NCBI GenBank assembly: GCA_965243025.1
Contig: CBDETY010000003.1
Location: 4,000,001 to 4,064,000 of the forward strand
DNA: 64,000 bases
Origin: Candidatus Latescibacterota bacterium
GTDB taxonomy: Bacteria > Latescibacterota > UBA2968 > UBA8231
Reading direction: 5' to 3'
Part shown: piece after piece, positions 19,554-29,638 of the stretch
Layout: each line of letters begins with the position of its first letter
Position numbering within the stretch: position 1 is the stretch's first letter
Position numbers and translations under genes: made by a program
Notes under the pieces: model-generated
Databases searched by the model: none
Seen by the model: the letters and a program-made list of their open reading frames with translations, nothing else
What the model was told of the DNA's origin: nothing

Positions 19554-21263
19554 ATGGCCACAGGCTTGAAATCCGCGTTGTCCCAGTCCCTTTACCACAC
19601 CGTTCTCGCCGCGGGGGGGTTGCTGTTCGCGGCGCCGTTCCTGTGGCTTCTCAGCGGCAGCCTCAAGGAGCACGAGGAGTTCTACGCCCCCCGGCCGGTC
19701 TGGTTTCCCGCCATGCCGCAGAAGGTGGCTTCGTCGCCTTACGTCGAGCCTGGGGACGAAGGAGGCAGACCCGCCGGAATCCCGGCGGTCCGCTGGGCGG
19801 ACCTCGAACCGCGGCTTCTCGATGTCTTCGAAGAGCGCATACGCGAAACGGCTTCAGCGCACGTTCTCGAGACCCTCGACCTGCTGCCCGGATTGGGAAA
19901 GGTCGTGGCCCGCGGGGCCGTCAACAGTGTCGCGGCTCGTTTCGGCGCCGACCTCGGCCGCGACCGCGGCGTTCCCCGCAGCGACGACGAGGTCGTTGCT
20001 TTTGCGACCGGACAGATCGATGAGGAGCTCGTCGACCGCGCCTGGAGCCGGTCCTTCAGGGGCGTCCTCGTCGGAGAGCTGGTCGCCTACTACCGCGATG
20101 GCACCACCGAGACGGTGCTGGGATTCAGCCATTATCGAGGGGCTGATGCAGCGGCCGGCGTTTCCGCGGGTCCCCGGCTGGCGTACCAGGAGCGCCCCGG
20201 AACGCTTCTGGCCTATGATTTCGGCGGCGGCGGGCCCGCCGCCCTCGAACTGCCGCTCGCAGCACCGCTGCGGACCCGGGACATCGTTCGCCTGGTGCTG
20301 CCCGTACGCGGGGACCGGTCGTATCACGACCTCGTCGCAACCCTTCAGACCGGCGGGGCGACCTACCGGATCGGCGACCCCTTCGTGCTCGAAAACGACC
20401 GCTGGATGGATGCGATCTGGACTTTCGAGGATCCCACCCTGCGCGAGCGACGCACCGTGTACCATTCCGCCGACCTCACTCCCTTCGAGCAGCTCGACGG
20501 CTCCCGCGCCGGCGAGCACGGCCCCAGCCTGACCCTTGCGTTCGAGCGCGTGTCGTACCCCCGGGTGCTGTACAGGCGCCTGATTCGCAACTACGCCGGG
20601 GCCACTCTGGCCATCCCGTTCGCCAGATACTTCTACAACACAGTGGTTCTCACGGTCCTCAACATCGGTGCGACGCTGCTCTCCTGTTCGCTCATCGCCT
20701 ACGGTTTCGCGCGCCTGCGCTGGCCGGGCAGGGAGTTTCTGTTCGCCGTGGTATTGGCCACCATGATGCTTCCGCCTCAGGTGACGATGATCCCGCAGTT
20801 CCTCATCTGGCGAGGACTCGGCCAGTACGACACCTATCAGCCGCTCTGGCTGCCCGCCTTGTTCGGGTCGGGGTTTTTCATTTTTCTGATGCGCCAGTTC
20901 ATGCTGTCCATACCCAAGGATCTGGAGGATGCGGCGCGCATCGACGGCGCCGGGTACCTGGCGACCTTCCGGTATGTGATTCTGCCGCTGTTGAAACCGG
21001 CCCTGGCCGCGGTCTGCATCTTTCAGTTCATGGGTACCTGGAACGATTTCCTCGGGCCGCTGATCTATCTCAGTTCCCAGGACAAGGCGCCGCTGTCTCT
21101 CGGTCTGTTCCACTTCAGAGGCAGCCACTTCGTCAACGCCGTGGGTGAGGTGGGTCTGCTGATGGCGGCGAGCATGATCATGGTGCTGCCGGTAATCATC
21201 CTGTTCTTTTCCGCGCAGCGGTACTTCATCCAGGGCATCACCTTCACCGGGATGCGCAACTGA
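19554..21263 (+). CDS. Carbohydrate ABC permease with a large inserted extracytoplasmic domain
   Basis: APFLWLLSGSLK, then about 300 aa of insert, then AYGFARL, LEDAARIDGA, WNDFLGPLIYL, QRYFIQG. Confidence 0.9.
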   Translation: MATGLKSALSQSLYHTVLAAGGLLFAAPFLWLLSGSLKEHEEFYAPRPVWFPAMPQKVASSPYVEPGDEGGRPAGIPAVRWADLEPRLLDVFEERIRETASAHVLETLDLLPGLGKVVARGAVNSVAARFGADLGRDRGVPRSDDEVVAFATGQIDEELVDRAWSRSFRGVLVGELVAYYRDGTTETVLGFSHYRGADAAAGVSAGPRLAYQERPGTLLAYDFGGGGPAALELPLAAPLRTRDIVRLVLPVRGDRSYHDLVATLQTGGATYRIGDPFVLENDRWMDAIWTFEDPTLRERRTVYHSADLTPFEQLDGSRAGEHGPSLTLAFERVSYPRVLYRRLIRNYAGATLAIPFARYFYNTVVLTVLNIGATLLSCSLIAYGFARLRWPGREFLFAVVLATMMLPPQVTMIPQFLIWRGLGQYDTYQPLWLPALFGSGFFIFLMRQFMLSIPKDLEDAARIDGAGYLATFRYVILPLLKPALAAVCIFQFMGTWNDFLGPLIYLSSQDKAPLSLGLFHFRGSHFVNAVGEVGLLMAASMIMVLPVIILFFSAQRYFIQGITFTGMRN

Positions 21264-21278
21264 ACAGCGGGGCGAGAT

Positions 21279-22457
21279 ATGGACGAACGCGCGATGAGCG
21301 AACGGGGCCGCGTGCGCATCACCGGCCTCAAGGCGATGGAGCTCAGGAACGCGGCCGGGCAGAGCCTGGTTCGCGTCGAGACGGACGCCGGACTGACCGG
21401 CATCGGCGAGGCGGGAGTCGCAGGACCGGCGGCGCGCGCCAACCTGCTGTGGCTCGAGCCCGTTCTCATCGGCGCCGACCCGCTCAACATCGACAAGCTC
21501 TATCACGAGATGATGGGCCTCCAGCATACCTTCCAGGCGCACGTGCCGACAGTCAGCGGCGTCGACATCGCCCTGTGGGACCTCGCCGGCAAGATCCTCG
21601 GTCTCCCGGTCAGCGACATGCTCACCGGCCGCTTCCGCGACCGCGTCGAGATCTACTACGGCGGGGCGCCGGCCGACTGGAGCGACCGGGCCGCGGTCGA
21701 CGACTGGGTCAGCGAGTTCCGCGCCCACCCCCACGGCTACCGCACCCTGAAGTTCGGCTTCGACCAACTGCTCGACAGCGGCCGGCTGTCGCGGCCCTAC
21801 AGGGCGGCCAGACCGGGTCAGACCCTGAACGGCAGCCACCTCAAGCGCATTCGCGACGGGTACGAGACCATGCGCGACGCTTTCGGCTGGGACCTCGACT
21901 TCATCGTCCACTGCCACAACGAGTGGGACGTGCCGTCGGCGATCGGCATTTCGCAGGCGGTGGAAGAGGTGCGGCCTCTGTGGATCGAAGACCCGCTGCA
22001 GGTCTGGTTTTCCGATGGGTACAAACAGCTCAGGGCGGCTTCCCGGGTGCCGGTCTGCACCGGCGAGAAGATCGAGGGGTTCCGCGACTTCTTCCCCTTC
22101 ATCGTCGAGGGCGGGATCGACGTGCTGCACCCCGACCTCTGCTGGTGCGGCGGCATCAGCGGCGGCCGCAAGATCGCCGAGCTCGCCGAACACTTCGGCC
22201 TGCCCGTGGCCCTGCACAACTGCGGCAGTCTCGTCCACAACATGGCCAACGTGCACTTCGGAGCGATGGTGAGAAACTTCAGCATGAGCGAGACGCGGCT
22301 GTACAGCCACGATTTCGTCGCCGAAATGGGAGGGCTCGACGGGTACGATTTCGTCGACGGCATGCTGGCGGTGCCCGACGGCCCGGGGCTGGGCATCGAC
22401 CTCGTGCCCGAGGTGCTGCGCGCCGAACTCAAGGAAGGGGAGCCGTTCTGGGATTGA
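21279..22457 (+). CDS. Mandelate racemase/muconate lactonizing enzyme family (acid-sugar dehydratase-like)
   Basis: ETDAGLTGIGE, SGVDIALWDLAGK, WIEDP, TGEK, HPD, ALHN, PDGPGLGI. Confidence 0.9.
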   Translation: MDERAMSERGRVRITGLKAMELRNAAGQSLVRVETDAGLTGIGEAGVAGPAARANLLWLEPVLIGADPLNIDKLYHEMMGLQHTFQAHVPTVSGVDIALWDLAGKILGLPVSDMLTGRFRDRVEIYYGGAPADWSDRAAVDDWVSEFRAHPHGYRTLKFGFDQLLDSGRLSRPYRAARPGQTLNGSHLKRIRDGYETMRDAFGWDLDFIVHCHNEWDVPSAIGISQAVEEVRPLWIEDPLQVWFSDGYKQLRAASRVPVCTGEKIEGFRDFFPFIVEGGIDVLHPDLCWCGGISGGRKIAELAEHFGLPVALHNCGSLVHNMANVHFGAMVRNFSMSETRLYSHDFVAEMGGLDGYDFVDGMLAVPDGPGLGIDLVPEVLRAELKEGEPFWD

Positions 22458-22459
22458 CC

Positions 22460-24184
22460 ATGGGCAAAGCCGACCCGGGAATCGCCATCCACATGCCGGG
22501 CCGGCTCGGGGAAGAACGCCCGGTCGGGGGCTGGCCCAACCTCGTGGAGGTCGCCGATCTCGCCATCGGCCACTTCAACGAAATCGCCGACCCGAACTTC
22601 AACTACATGGCCTACGTCGGCGGCTCGCTGGGGCTTTCCACCCCCTGCTTCACCCGCTCCCTGTGGGACTGGACCGAGGCCGCCTCATACGCGCTTCCGG
22701 GGCGCATCGCGGCACGGCGCCTCACCGGCAACCTGAGCGGCCAGGAGGTGGAGATCGGCCAGAGGCAGCTCACGCTGGCTTCCTTCTTCGATCTCGACGG
22801 GTTTGCCCACCGCGGATTCGCCACCGGGTGGAGCGAAGACACGAGCGTGGTCCTGTGGGAGCAGGGGCGCGTGCTGTTCACGCTGATGGCGTGGTTCCTC
22901 GAAAGCGAAGACGAGCGCCTCCTGCACTACGTGCGCGGCTTGCTGAAAGCGCTGAGGGGCGCCAGCGGTCTCGAGGGTTCCCGGCGGCTCTTCGACGCGC
23001 GCTTCAGCGTCGGGCAGCCGTTCACCGACGTGGCCCCGATGGTCCTGGTGGAGCCATTGATGAAGTACTGGGAGCTGACGGGCGACTCCGGCGCCCTCGA
23101 GTTCTGCGAGGGGATCGTCGACTGGGCCGTCCACCCGGAAACTCATTTCGTCGATGACGAGTACCGCTTCAGCGGCTGGCTGCGCTCGCTGGCCGCCGGA
23201 CTGGCCGGCATCGTGCGGTTCGCCGCGGCGACCGGCGACGACGCGCTGCTGGAAAAAACCGAGCGCATGTTCCGATCCGCCTCCGGCCTGACGGCGCGCT
23301 CAGGCGCCACGCCGGACACGGAGCCGTGCTGCACCAACATGGAGCTGACGACGTCGGCGGTTGCCCTGGCCCGGAGCGGACGCAGCGAATGGTGGGACCT
23401 GGTCGACCGCCACTTCAGGAACCACACCCTCGAATGCCAGTTCACCGATCCCGGCGGCGTGGAGCCCGGGTATGTCGGCGAAGACCCCGCGCCGGCCGAC
23501 GACACCCGCGACATCCTCCGCCGGTCGATTGGCGGCTTCACCTGGTCCTCGGCGCGGGAGCATTTCTTCCACCGCTCCAAACTGATGCTCTGCTGCGGCG
23601 GCAACGCCATGTGGACGCTCGGCAAGATCGCCGCCAACGCCGCCACCGAGGAAGGGGGAGAGCTGCGCGTCAACCTGCACTTCAGCCTCGACACGCCGCT
23701 GGCGTCGATCACCAACCGGGAGCCGTTCGAGGGAAAACTGGAAGTGATCCCGCGGCGCGAGGGCGCGGTCTGGGTTCGCAAGCCCGCGTACGCCGCATCG
23801 GTAGAAGCCACCGTCGACGGGGTTCCTGCCTCGCCGAAAACAACCGGCGATTACCTGCGCTTCGACAGCGTGCGCGAGGGCGCGCGCATCGTCCTGCAGT
23901 ACCCACTCCCGGAGAAGACCACGAGCGAAAAGACCATGGAGTCGCCGTTCGAGGCCGAAGACAAGGGGCGCGGCAGCTTTGCACCGGTGAAGTCCGACCC
24001 CGCGGTTTTCGAGGAGATCCAGACGACCTGGCGCGGTAACACGGTGCTGGCCATCGACTACGACAGCGATTCGCCGCACCCGAAACACCGGCTCTACCTC
24101 GACCGCATGGAGCGCTTTCGCAGCGGCGCCGGCCGCGAGGCTGCGGCGCGGTTCTTTCTCCCGGAACGGCCGTTCGAGTGGTAG
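22460..24184 (+). CDS. GH127/GH146-like (alpha/alpha)6 barrel protein
   Basis: TEPCCT and LCCGGN resemble the Glu/Cys Zn-site of beta-L-arabinofuranosidases. C-terminal LRVNLHFS...PFEG...VWVRKP. Confidence 0.6.
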   Translation: MGKADPGIAIHMPGRLGEERPVGGWPNLVEVADLAIGHFNEIADPNFNYMAYVGGSLGLSTPCFTRSLWDWTEAASYALPGRIAARRLTGNLSGQEVEIGQRQLTLASFFDLDGFAHRGFATGWSEDTSVVLWEQGRVLFTLMAWFLESEDERLLHYVRGLLKALRGASGLEGSRRLFDARFSVGQPFTDVAPMVLVEPLMKYWELTGDSGALEFCEGIVDWAVHPETHFVDDEYRFSGWLRSLAAGLAGIVRFAAATGDDALLEKTERMFRSASGLTARSGATPDTEPCCTNMELTTSAVALARSGRSEWWDLVDRHFRNHTLECQFTDPGGVEPGYVGEDPAPADDTRDILRRSIGGFTWSSAREHFFHRSKLMLCCGGNAMWTLGKIAANAATEEGGELRVNLHFSLDTPLASITNREPFEGKLEVIPRREGAVWVRKPAYAASVEATVDGVPASPKTTGDYLRFDSVREGARIVLQYPLPEKTTSEKTMESPFEAEDKGRGSFAPVKSDPAVFEEIQTTWRGNTVLAIDYDSDSPHPKHRLYLDRMERFRSGAGREAAARFFLPERPFEW

Positions 24185-24294
24185 GGGATGTCCCCCTTTA
24201 AAGAGAGAGCATCCGAGTCTCTGGCCCCGGAGCAGGCAACTGCCCTTCCCTGAAAACCCTCGCAGCTGCACCGAGCCAGGAAAGGACCCTTCGT

Positions 24295-27200
24295 TCAACC
24301 CGGTCGACTCACGTCGATTACACAGACCGATATTTTGCGCGCCTCTTCGGGAGACAGGGTAGCTTTCAGCTGCTCCTTCAGCTCCTTGGCGTTCATCGGA
24401 GAAGTGCCTGAGGGAGGCGGTACCTGTGTGTGTTCTTTTCCAAACCAGAACACAAGGTAAATACCGTACCCGTCTGTCTCCGGATCGGTGGTGTACTTTG
24501 GGATCAATTGGTTTCGCGGAGCACTCCAGAGATCCGGATGTGAATTCTTCTTGATTTCCAGCGGAACCTGAAAATCCCCGTATGCAACTCGTATGTCCGC
24601 CCGCTTGTTGTTGACGTATTGAATCTCGGGTTCGGCATTGGAGAAGTACCGCCTTAGATCTTGCAGCAGCGCATCTCGGCAAGAGTTCTCGTGCTTCGGG
24701 GTTGTCGGTCTCTGGCTTTCGTCCTCGTTCCAGTACGGACGCCAATAGTTGGCATTGTTCGTACTAACTCGTTCTGCGATTTCATCGAAGCGGTCCACCA
24801 TAAGGGCGGCAAGGTCAGCTGCGTTGGCCGGCGTTCCGCCGTTCAGCGTTTGACAGACCTGCTTGATGCTCAGGTGACGGTAACCGGCGTCACGGCAGAT
24901 CACCCGTTGGGCATCCTGCGCCCGAGAAAGCTCCTCGTGCCAGTTGGTCAGCTCCGGGTCGGCGACCAGCCTGCAAAGAGCATGGCTCGACTCCTTTGTG
25001 GGAGAAGCGGCGAGGCGTTGGATCTGACCGTAGACAAGCCATGCAGCTTCCATTTCCGGCCCTACGAACCCGCCCTCATCATCATCCGCATTACCAACTC
25101 GCCTCTGATCCGGTCCGACGCAGGTTCCAACAAGGCGTATGAGAAGCTCCAATACCGGAATCCCCAGATCGTCAAAGGAAAACCGAATGGGATCTTGAAA
25201 GGAAAAGAACTCAGCCAGATTCGAAATTCGGCGCTCGTTGCCCTCTGCGAAGTCAGACAACAGGGCCTTGTACCTCGCGGGCGAGACGATGACCCCCAAA
25301 GCCAACCAACGCACGCGCTGGGCGTCGTTCATGCTCTTCCGGGATAACTTCATTCCGATCAGTTCCTGAAGCGCAGATCTGTCTGCATGCTGCAGTGCCG
25401 CCCAAAGCAGATGTTTCAGGTTTTCGATCTGGTGCAGCTTGCAGCGAGTCGGAAATGCGCGGAGCAGGGGCATGCTCGCATGTCTGGCGACTTGCGCGTG
25501 ATTCTCTCTATGGGCGAGCGCAAAGAGTCCGGTAAGCTTCCTACCGCCACGGAGTTCGACCTTGCCGGACAGTATCATTACATGGGCTACGATACCGGGC
25601 TCTGAATCGAGGAGGCGTTGGTACCAATTAGGCTCGATGGAACTGGACAAAGAAAAATGGAATGCCAGTGCTTTGCGCATCTGACCTTCATCGAGGCGAC
25701 ACAGCTCCTCTGGTGAGGATCTTTCGAATTCCGACAGGGCGGCAAGAAACGGAAAGCCGAGATAGTGCCTGCGATCCGTTGCTCTGAGCGCCAGAATCTC
25801 CTCATCCCCCGGAACGTCTTTCCGGTCGACAACCCCACGGATACCCATGATTGCTGCATCGATCAAGTTGGGATCTTCCAGCTCCTGCTCTATATCCTTC
25901 GGTCCTCCTTGACGGTGAACATTGATGGAATTTCCGAAGTACCTGATCGCAATCTGTTCAAGTAAGGCGGGGGCTGCTCGGTTCTCACGCAGCGCGACTT
26001 CGTTGGAGCGGATAAGTTCGAGCCATTGCTCTTCTCGCAGCCGTCGTTCCTCGGTGAATGTCCTCGCCCGTTCCCGCAATCTCTGTTGCCGCGGCGTAAT
26101 AGACCGAGGAGCAAGCAGTTGATCCAGTTTGGGCTTCAGCCATTCTCTTTTCTCTGCGTGATCCTGCAGTACCTCGAGGGACAGTCCCTCGTTTCCGTTT
26201 TGAGAAGCGTGCGCGCTGACCGCCAACTCAAACAGGTGTTCTGCAATCTCCCGCTTAGAGCCTTCCATGGAGACGGCCTGCTTCAGGCACCAGAGACCAA
26301 AGTCGGACGGCAGGCTTGAACCGTACCATCGTTCCGAGATCTCTATTACGTGTGGGCTGAATCCGTCAGACTCGAGACAGCGCTCCAAACCCTTGATTAC
26401 GAGGACCTTCTGAACCTTTGGACGCTGCTCCAGCCAGGAGCGTATCTCCTGGATGTCCTCCATGTCGCCGACTTGGATTTCGTCCAGATCCTCCGTGAAA
26501 CCCAGATTTAGCCAATCATACAGACGCTCTGTCGCCAGTCGATCCCCGTGCACTTGCAGGCCTCGGGCGAGCAGCTTCACGGGAAGGTTCTCAAGAGTGC
26601 TACTGCCCTTCAGAGTTGGGTGCGTGTCCGCAGGACGCTCGCCCAAAGTGTCGAGGAGCTCCGCGATCTGATCGTCTGAGGACTTCTCAAGAAGGGCGAA
26701 CCAGAAAAACCACTTGTACATGCCGAAAAATGACTCTCGGTGACGTGTCTCGAAATAGATGTCACACACCTGCGACGGTGAAAGGTGCTTGGGATAAAGT
26801 TCGTTTAGCAGGATTCCCAGGAGTTCGTTGTCCGGATCGGAGACGCGTCTGTTGCGGATATCAGCAAGCAGCGATTTAAAATTGTCGGCCTTACCCTGGC
26901 TTTCCGGGCAGTTGTGGATGAAGGCATTGAGAGCGGATGCGTTGACGCGAGGCCAGCGTGTATCGTCCCGGGCAGTTGCGATCAGGAGCACGCCAAGGTC
27001 TGACAAGGGCTTACCTTCGGTCAGTACGCGCAAGACGAAATCGGTGAACATCTGGTGGTCCGGGCTGCGATCGCTGTCCCGAAGCGCCTCGCTGAGATCG
27101 ACTTCCATCTCAGACGTAGCGAGGGCGCCAAAGGCCTCCGCAGACCTCCGTACTGTACCAAGCCGGGCCCCCTCTCGCTTCAGGGATTTCAGCAGCGCCC

Positions 27201-28374
27201 GTTTCTCGTCGACAGAAAACTCTCCGATTTCTCCGTACAGTCCGACACCGATCGGGTCGCGTTCGATGAGATCAGGCCTGGCTTCCCTGGAATTGGCCGC
27301 CAGCCAGGCGGACAGGCCCCGCATCTCGGTGACCACGGTGCCGTCCTCGCCCGTTATCAGGGAAATAACCCGACGGGCGGGGAGGCCGTTCTGGACGACC
27401 CTGGCGAGGTGCCGGGCACCGAGGAATTCAGCGACATGGCGATGAACGGGGATAAAGCGGTTGCTGGAGGCGCCCTTGAACAGCTTCGTGGCGAGTGCGG
27501 AACGGAGCACTTGGGGGTCGTAATCGCACTTGTCCAGAGCGGGGTACTCCTCGTCCGGCTGGCCGCGCAGGGTGTAGCCCGCCCCGCCCGAAATCAGTTG
27601 AAGTGCGCAGAGACGTCCGGCGGCGTCGAGGAGCTGGTCGTGGGGGGGTGAACTTCCCGACTCTTGCGACGCTTGATGCTCCTCGTTGTGCTCGAGGACC
27701 ATCTGGCCGCTGGCCATCTCGAAAGTCTCTTTTCGGCTCTCCGGCCACCCCCCACCCCCGCCAACGACATCCGCCAGCATCTCCAGGGTTTGCGGGTTCT
27801 CCAACAGGCCCTCGACGCCCCGCTTCCGCGCTTCCTCGATGAAGGCCCCGGCATCTCCGATTTCCGCCCGAGCATCCAGGATCGAGGTGACATCCGTATC
27901 CGTCAGGGGATAAAGCCGCAGGACCCTCAACGGGGAATCCGGTGAAACGGATTCCAAATGCTTCTGGTCATTTTCTCCCAGCCAGTCCGCTTCCCGGCAG
28001 GACAGCCGGAAGCGCGGCTTGCCCAAGGCGTCCAGCTTCCGCCGGACCTGGTCGAAGGGCGTGCCCACGTTCGACGTGCCGGCTCGGATCTCATCGAGTC
28101 CGTCGATGAAGAGGATCTTGCCGCGCCACTCGGGGTGGTGCTGCGGATCAAAGGCCAGAAAGTCGCGGGCGGGTATCTTCAACGCCTGCTCCCCAAGCGC
28201 CTCGCACTCGGCCTCAAACGCAGTCGTCTTGCCGGCCCCAGGGTCCCCGAGCAGCACGTAGGCCGGCGCGTCGCGGAACTCCTCCAGGGGCCGGGACCGC
28301 TCGTCCCCAGGCTGATTCCGCTGCTCCTTCCTTGGGGGGATTTCCGTACAGGTGCGGGGTACGATCACCTTCAT
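24295..28374 (-). CDS. NACHT/STAND NTPase with a C-terminal PD-(D/E)XK-like nuclease domain (candidate anti-phage NLR-like protein)
   Basis: Walker A LLGDPGAGKTT, Walker B LFIDGLDE, LSCR, NPQTL, HRHVAEFLGA; C-terminal ENSCRD...RADI...PLEIK...QL..KY...GIYLVFWFG. The ATG at 28374 overlaps the upstream TGA. Confidence 0.85.
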   Translation of the reverse strand: MKVIVPRTCTEIPPRKEQRNQPGDERSRPLEEFRDAPAYVLLGDPGAGKTTAFEAECEALGEQALKIPARDFLAFDPQHHPEWRGKILFIDGLDEIRAGTSNVGTPFDQVRRKLDALGKPRFRLSCREADWLGENDQKHLESVSPDSPLRVLRLYPLTDTDVTSILDARAEIGDAGAFIEEARKRGVEGLLENPQTLEMLADVVGGGGGWPESRKETFEMASGQMVLEHNEEHQASQESGSSPPHDQLLDAAGRLCALQLISGGAGYTLRGQPDEEYPALDKCDYDPQVLRSALATKLFKGASSNRFIPVHRHVAEFLGARHLARVVQNGLPARRVISLITGEDGTVVTEMRGLSAWLAANSREARPDLIERDPIGVGLYGEIGEFSVDEKRALLKSLKREGARLGTVRRSAEAFGALATSEMEVDLSEALRDSDRSPDHQMFTDFVLRVLTEGKPLSDLGVLLIATARDDTRWPRVNASALNAFIHNCPESQGKADNFKSLLADIRNRRVSDPDNELLGILLNELYPKHLSPSQVCDIYFETRHRESFFGMYKWFFWFALLEKSSDDQIAELLDTLGERPADTHPTLKGSSTLENLPVKLLARGLQVHGDRLATERLYDWLNLGFTEDLDEIQVGDMEDIQEIRSWLEQRPKVQKVLVIKGLERCLESDGFSPHVIEISERWYGSSLPSDFGLWCLKQAVSMEGSKREIAEHLFELAVSAHASQNGNEGLSLEVLQDHAEKREWLKPKLDQLLAPRSITPRQQRLRERARTFTEERRLREEQWLELIRSNEVALRENRAAPALLEQIAIRYFGNSINVHRQGGPKDIEQELEDPNLIDAAIMGIRGVVDRKDVPGDEEILALRATDRRHYLGFPFLAALSEFERSSPEELCRLDEGQMRKALAFHFSLSSSIEPNWYQRLLDSEPGIVAHVMILSGKVELRGGRKLTGLFALAHRENHAQVARHASMPLLRAFPTRCKLHQIENLKHLLWAALQHADRSALQELIGMKLSRKSMNDAQRVRWLALGVIVSPARYKALLSDFAEGNERRISNLAEFFSFQDPIRFSFDDLGIPVLELLIRLVGTCVGPDQRRVGNADDDEGGFVGPEMEAAWLVYGQIQRLAASPTKESSHALCRLVADPELTNWHEELSRAQDAQRVICRDAGYRHLSIKQVCQTLNGGTPANAADLAALMVDRFDEIAERVSTNNANYWRPYWNEDESQRPTTPKHENSCRDALLQDLRRYFSNAEPEIQYVNNKRADIRVAYGDFQVPLEIKKNSHPDLWSAPRNQLIPKYTTDPETDGYGIYLVFWFGKEHTQVPPPSGTSPMNAKELKEQLKATLSPEEARKISVCVIDVSRPG

Positions 28375-29624
28375 GCTTCCTCGAACCAGTGATGGGCGGG
28401 AACCGTGAGAAACTCGTTGAGGGGTATCCCACCCTCCCCGACCCGCAACGAGCGGTGGGGGCTGAAGCGTTTTTCGAACTCGTCCATTCCTGGCAATTGG
28501 GTTTTCATCGCGCCGCTCTTCACCTCGATGGCGACAAGCCGGGAACCCCGCTTCAGGACGAAGTCGACCTCCTGGGATCCGTCCCGCCAGTAACCAAGAC
28601 GGACATCCGGCGCGGCGGTGTTGAACAGGTGCGCCCCTGCCGCGCTCTCCACGATGCGGCCCCAGAAGGTGCGGTCCGCCTGAGCCTCCTCGAAGGAATA
28701 CCCGGAACCGGCCGTCATCAGCGCCGTGTTGAGCACATTGAGCTTGGGACTGGAAGCGCGCCGGGAAGCGCGGCTGCCGGTGTATTTCTGCAGGCCCGCG
28801 AGCAGTCCGGCGCTCGCCAGCAGGTCGAGGTAGCGCGCCAGAGTAGTCGTGTTCCCTGCGTCCTGAAGCTGCCCCAGCATATTGGTGTACGACAGGATCT
28901 GCCCGGAACAGGAGGCCCCAAGCTCGAAGAGCCCCTTCAGCAGTGCCGGTTTGTCCACCCGGGTCAAATCGAGGAGGTCGCGCTCGATGTTCGGCTCCAC
29001 GAGAGCCCCGAGGATGTAGCTGCGCCACCGGTCAGGCTCCCGGACGAGCCGGTCGGCCCCCGGGTAGCCTCCGAAATAGAGGTATTTCGGCAGGTCGACC
29101 CCGAAGGCCCTGGACATCTCCGCAAATGACCAGTGGGTGACGCGGATCGGTTCGAATCGGCCTGCAAGGCTCTCGCTCAATCCCGACTGCATGAGCAGGG
29201 GAGCCGAGCCGAGGATGACCACGTGCAAGGGACAGTCTCTGGCGCGGTCGGCGTCCCACAGCCCCTTCACGGTGTCGGACCACCCCTCGATCTTCTGGAT
29301 CTCGTCCAAGACCAGCACAGACCCACGCGGCGCACCTTCAGCCTCGAGCCGGGCTTCTTCCCACTGGCGCACCAGCCATTCCCTGTCCCGCTCCACCGGC
29401 GTACGGAACGTGGCCTCGGCCTCACCGTACGGGTCCCGGAACTCAGGAGAGTCGGGCTCATCGACGGCCAGGTAGCGGCTCCCCAAATCAGTGCGTCGCA
29501 GAGCCTGGCGCACGATGGTGGTCTTGCCGGTCTGACGCGGGCCGAACAGGGCGATGAGGAGATGGGGCGGCTCCGCGAGCCGCTCGACGAGTGTGTTTAC
29601 CTGTGAACGTTCGAAAGGCTGCAT
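28371..29624 (-). CDS. AAA_14 ATPase with a DUF4143 domain
   Basis: GPRQTGKTT, LVLDEIQ, ILGS, ESLAGR, GGYP, YWRD..QEVDFV...AIEVKSG. Confidence 0.9.
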   Translation of the reverse strand: MQPFERSQVNTLVERLAEPPHLLIALFGPRQTGKTTIVRQALRRTDLGSRYLAVDEPDSPEFRDPYGEAEATFRTPVERDREWLVRQWEEARLEAEGAPRGSVLVLDEIQKIEGWSDTVKGLWDADRARDCPLHVVILGSAPLLMQSGLSESLAGRFEPIRVTHWSFAEMSRAFGVDLPKYLYFGGYPGADRLVREPDRWRSYILGALVEPNIERDLLDLTRVDKPALLKGLFELGASCSGQILSYTNMLGQLQDAGNTTTLARYLDLLASAGLLAGLQKYTGSRASRRASSPKLNVLNTALMTAGSGYSFEEAQADRTFWGRIVESAAGAHLFNTAAPDVRLGYWRDGSQEVDFVLKRGSRLVAIEVKSGAMKTQLPGMDEFEKRFSPHRSLRVGEGGIPLNEFLTVPAHHWFEEA

Positions 29625-29638
29625 GTGCCCGAATTTAC

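Noticed and set aside
28375-29028. N-terminal extension of the NACHT ORF (1577-aa call)
   Set aside because: It overlaps the AAA gene in another frame. The ATGA-coupled start at 28374 is more plausible.
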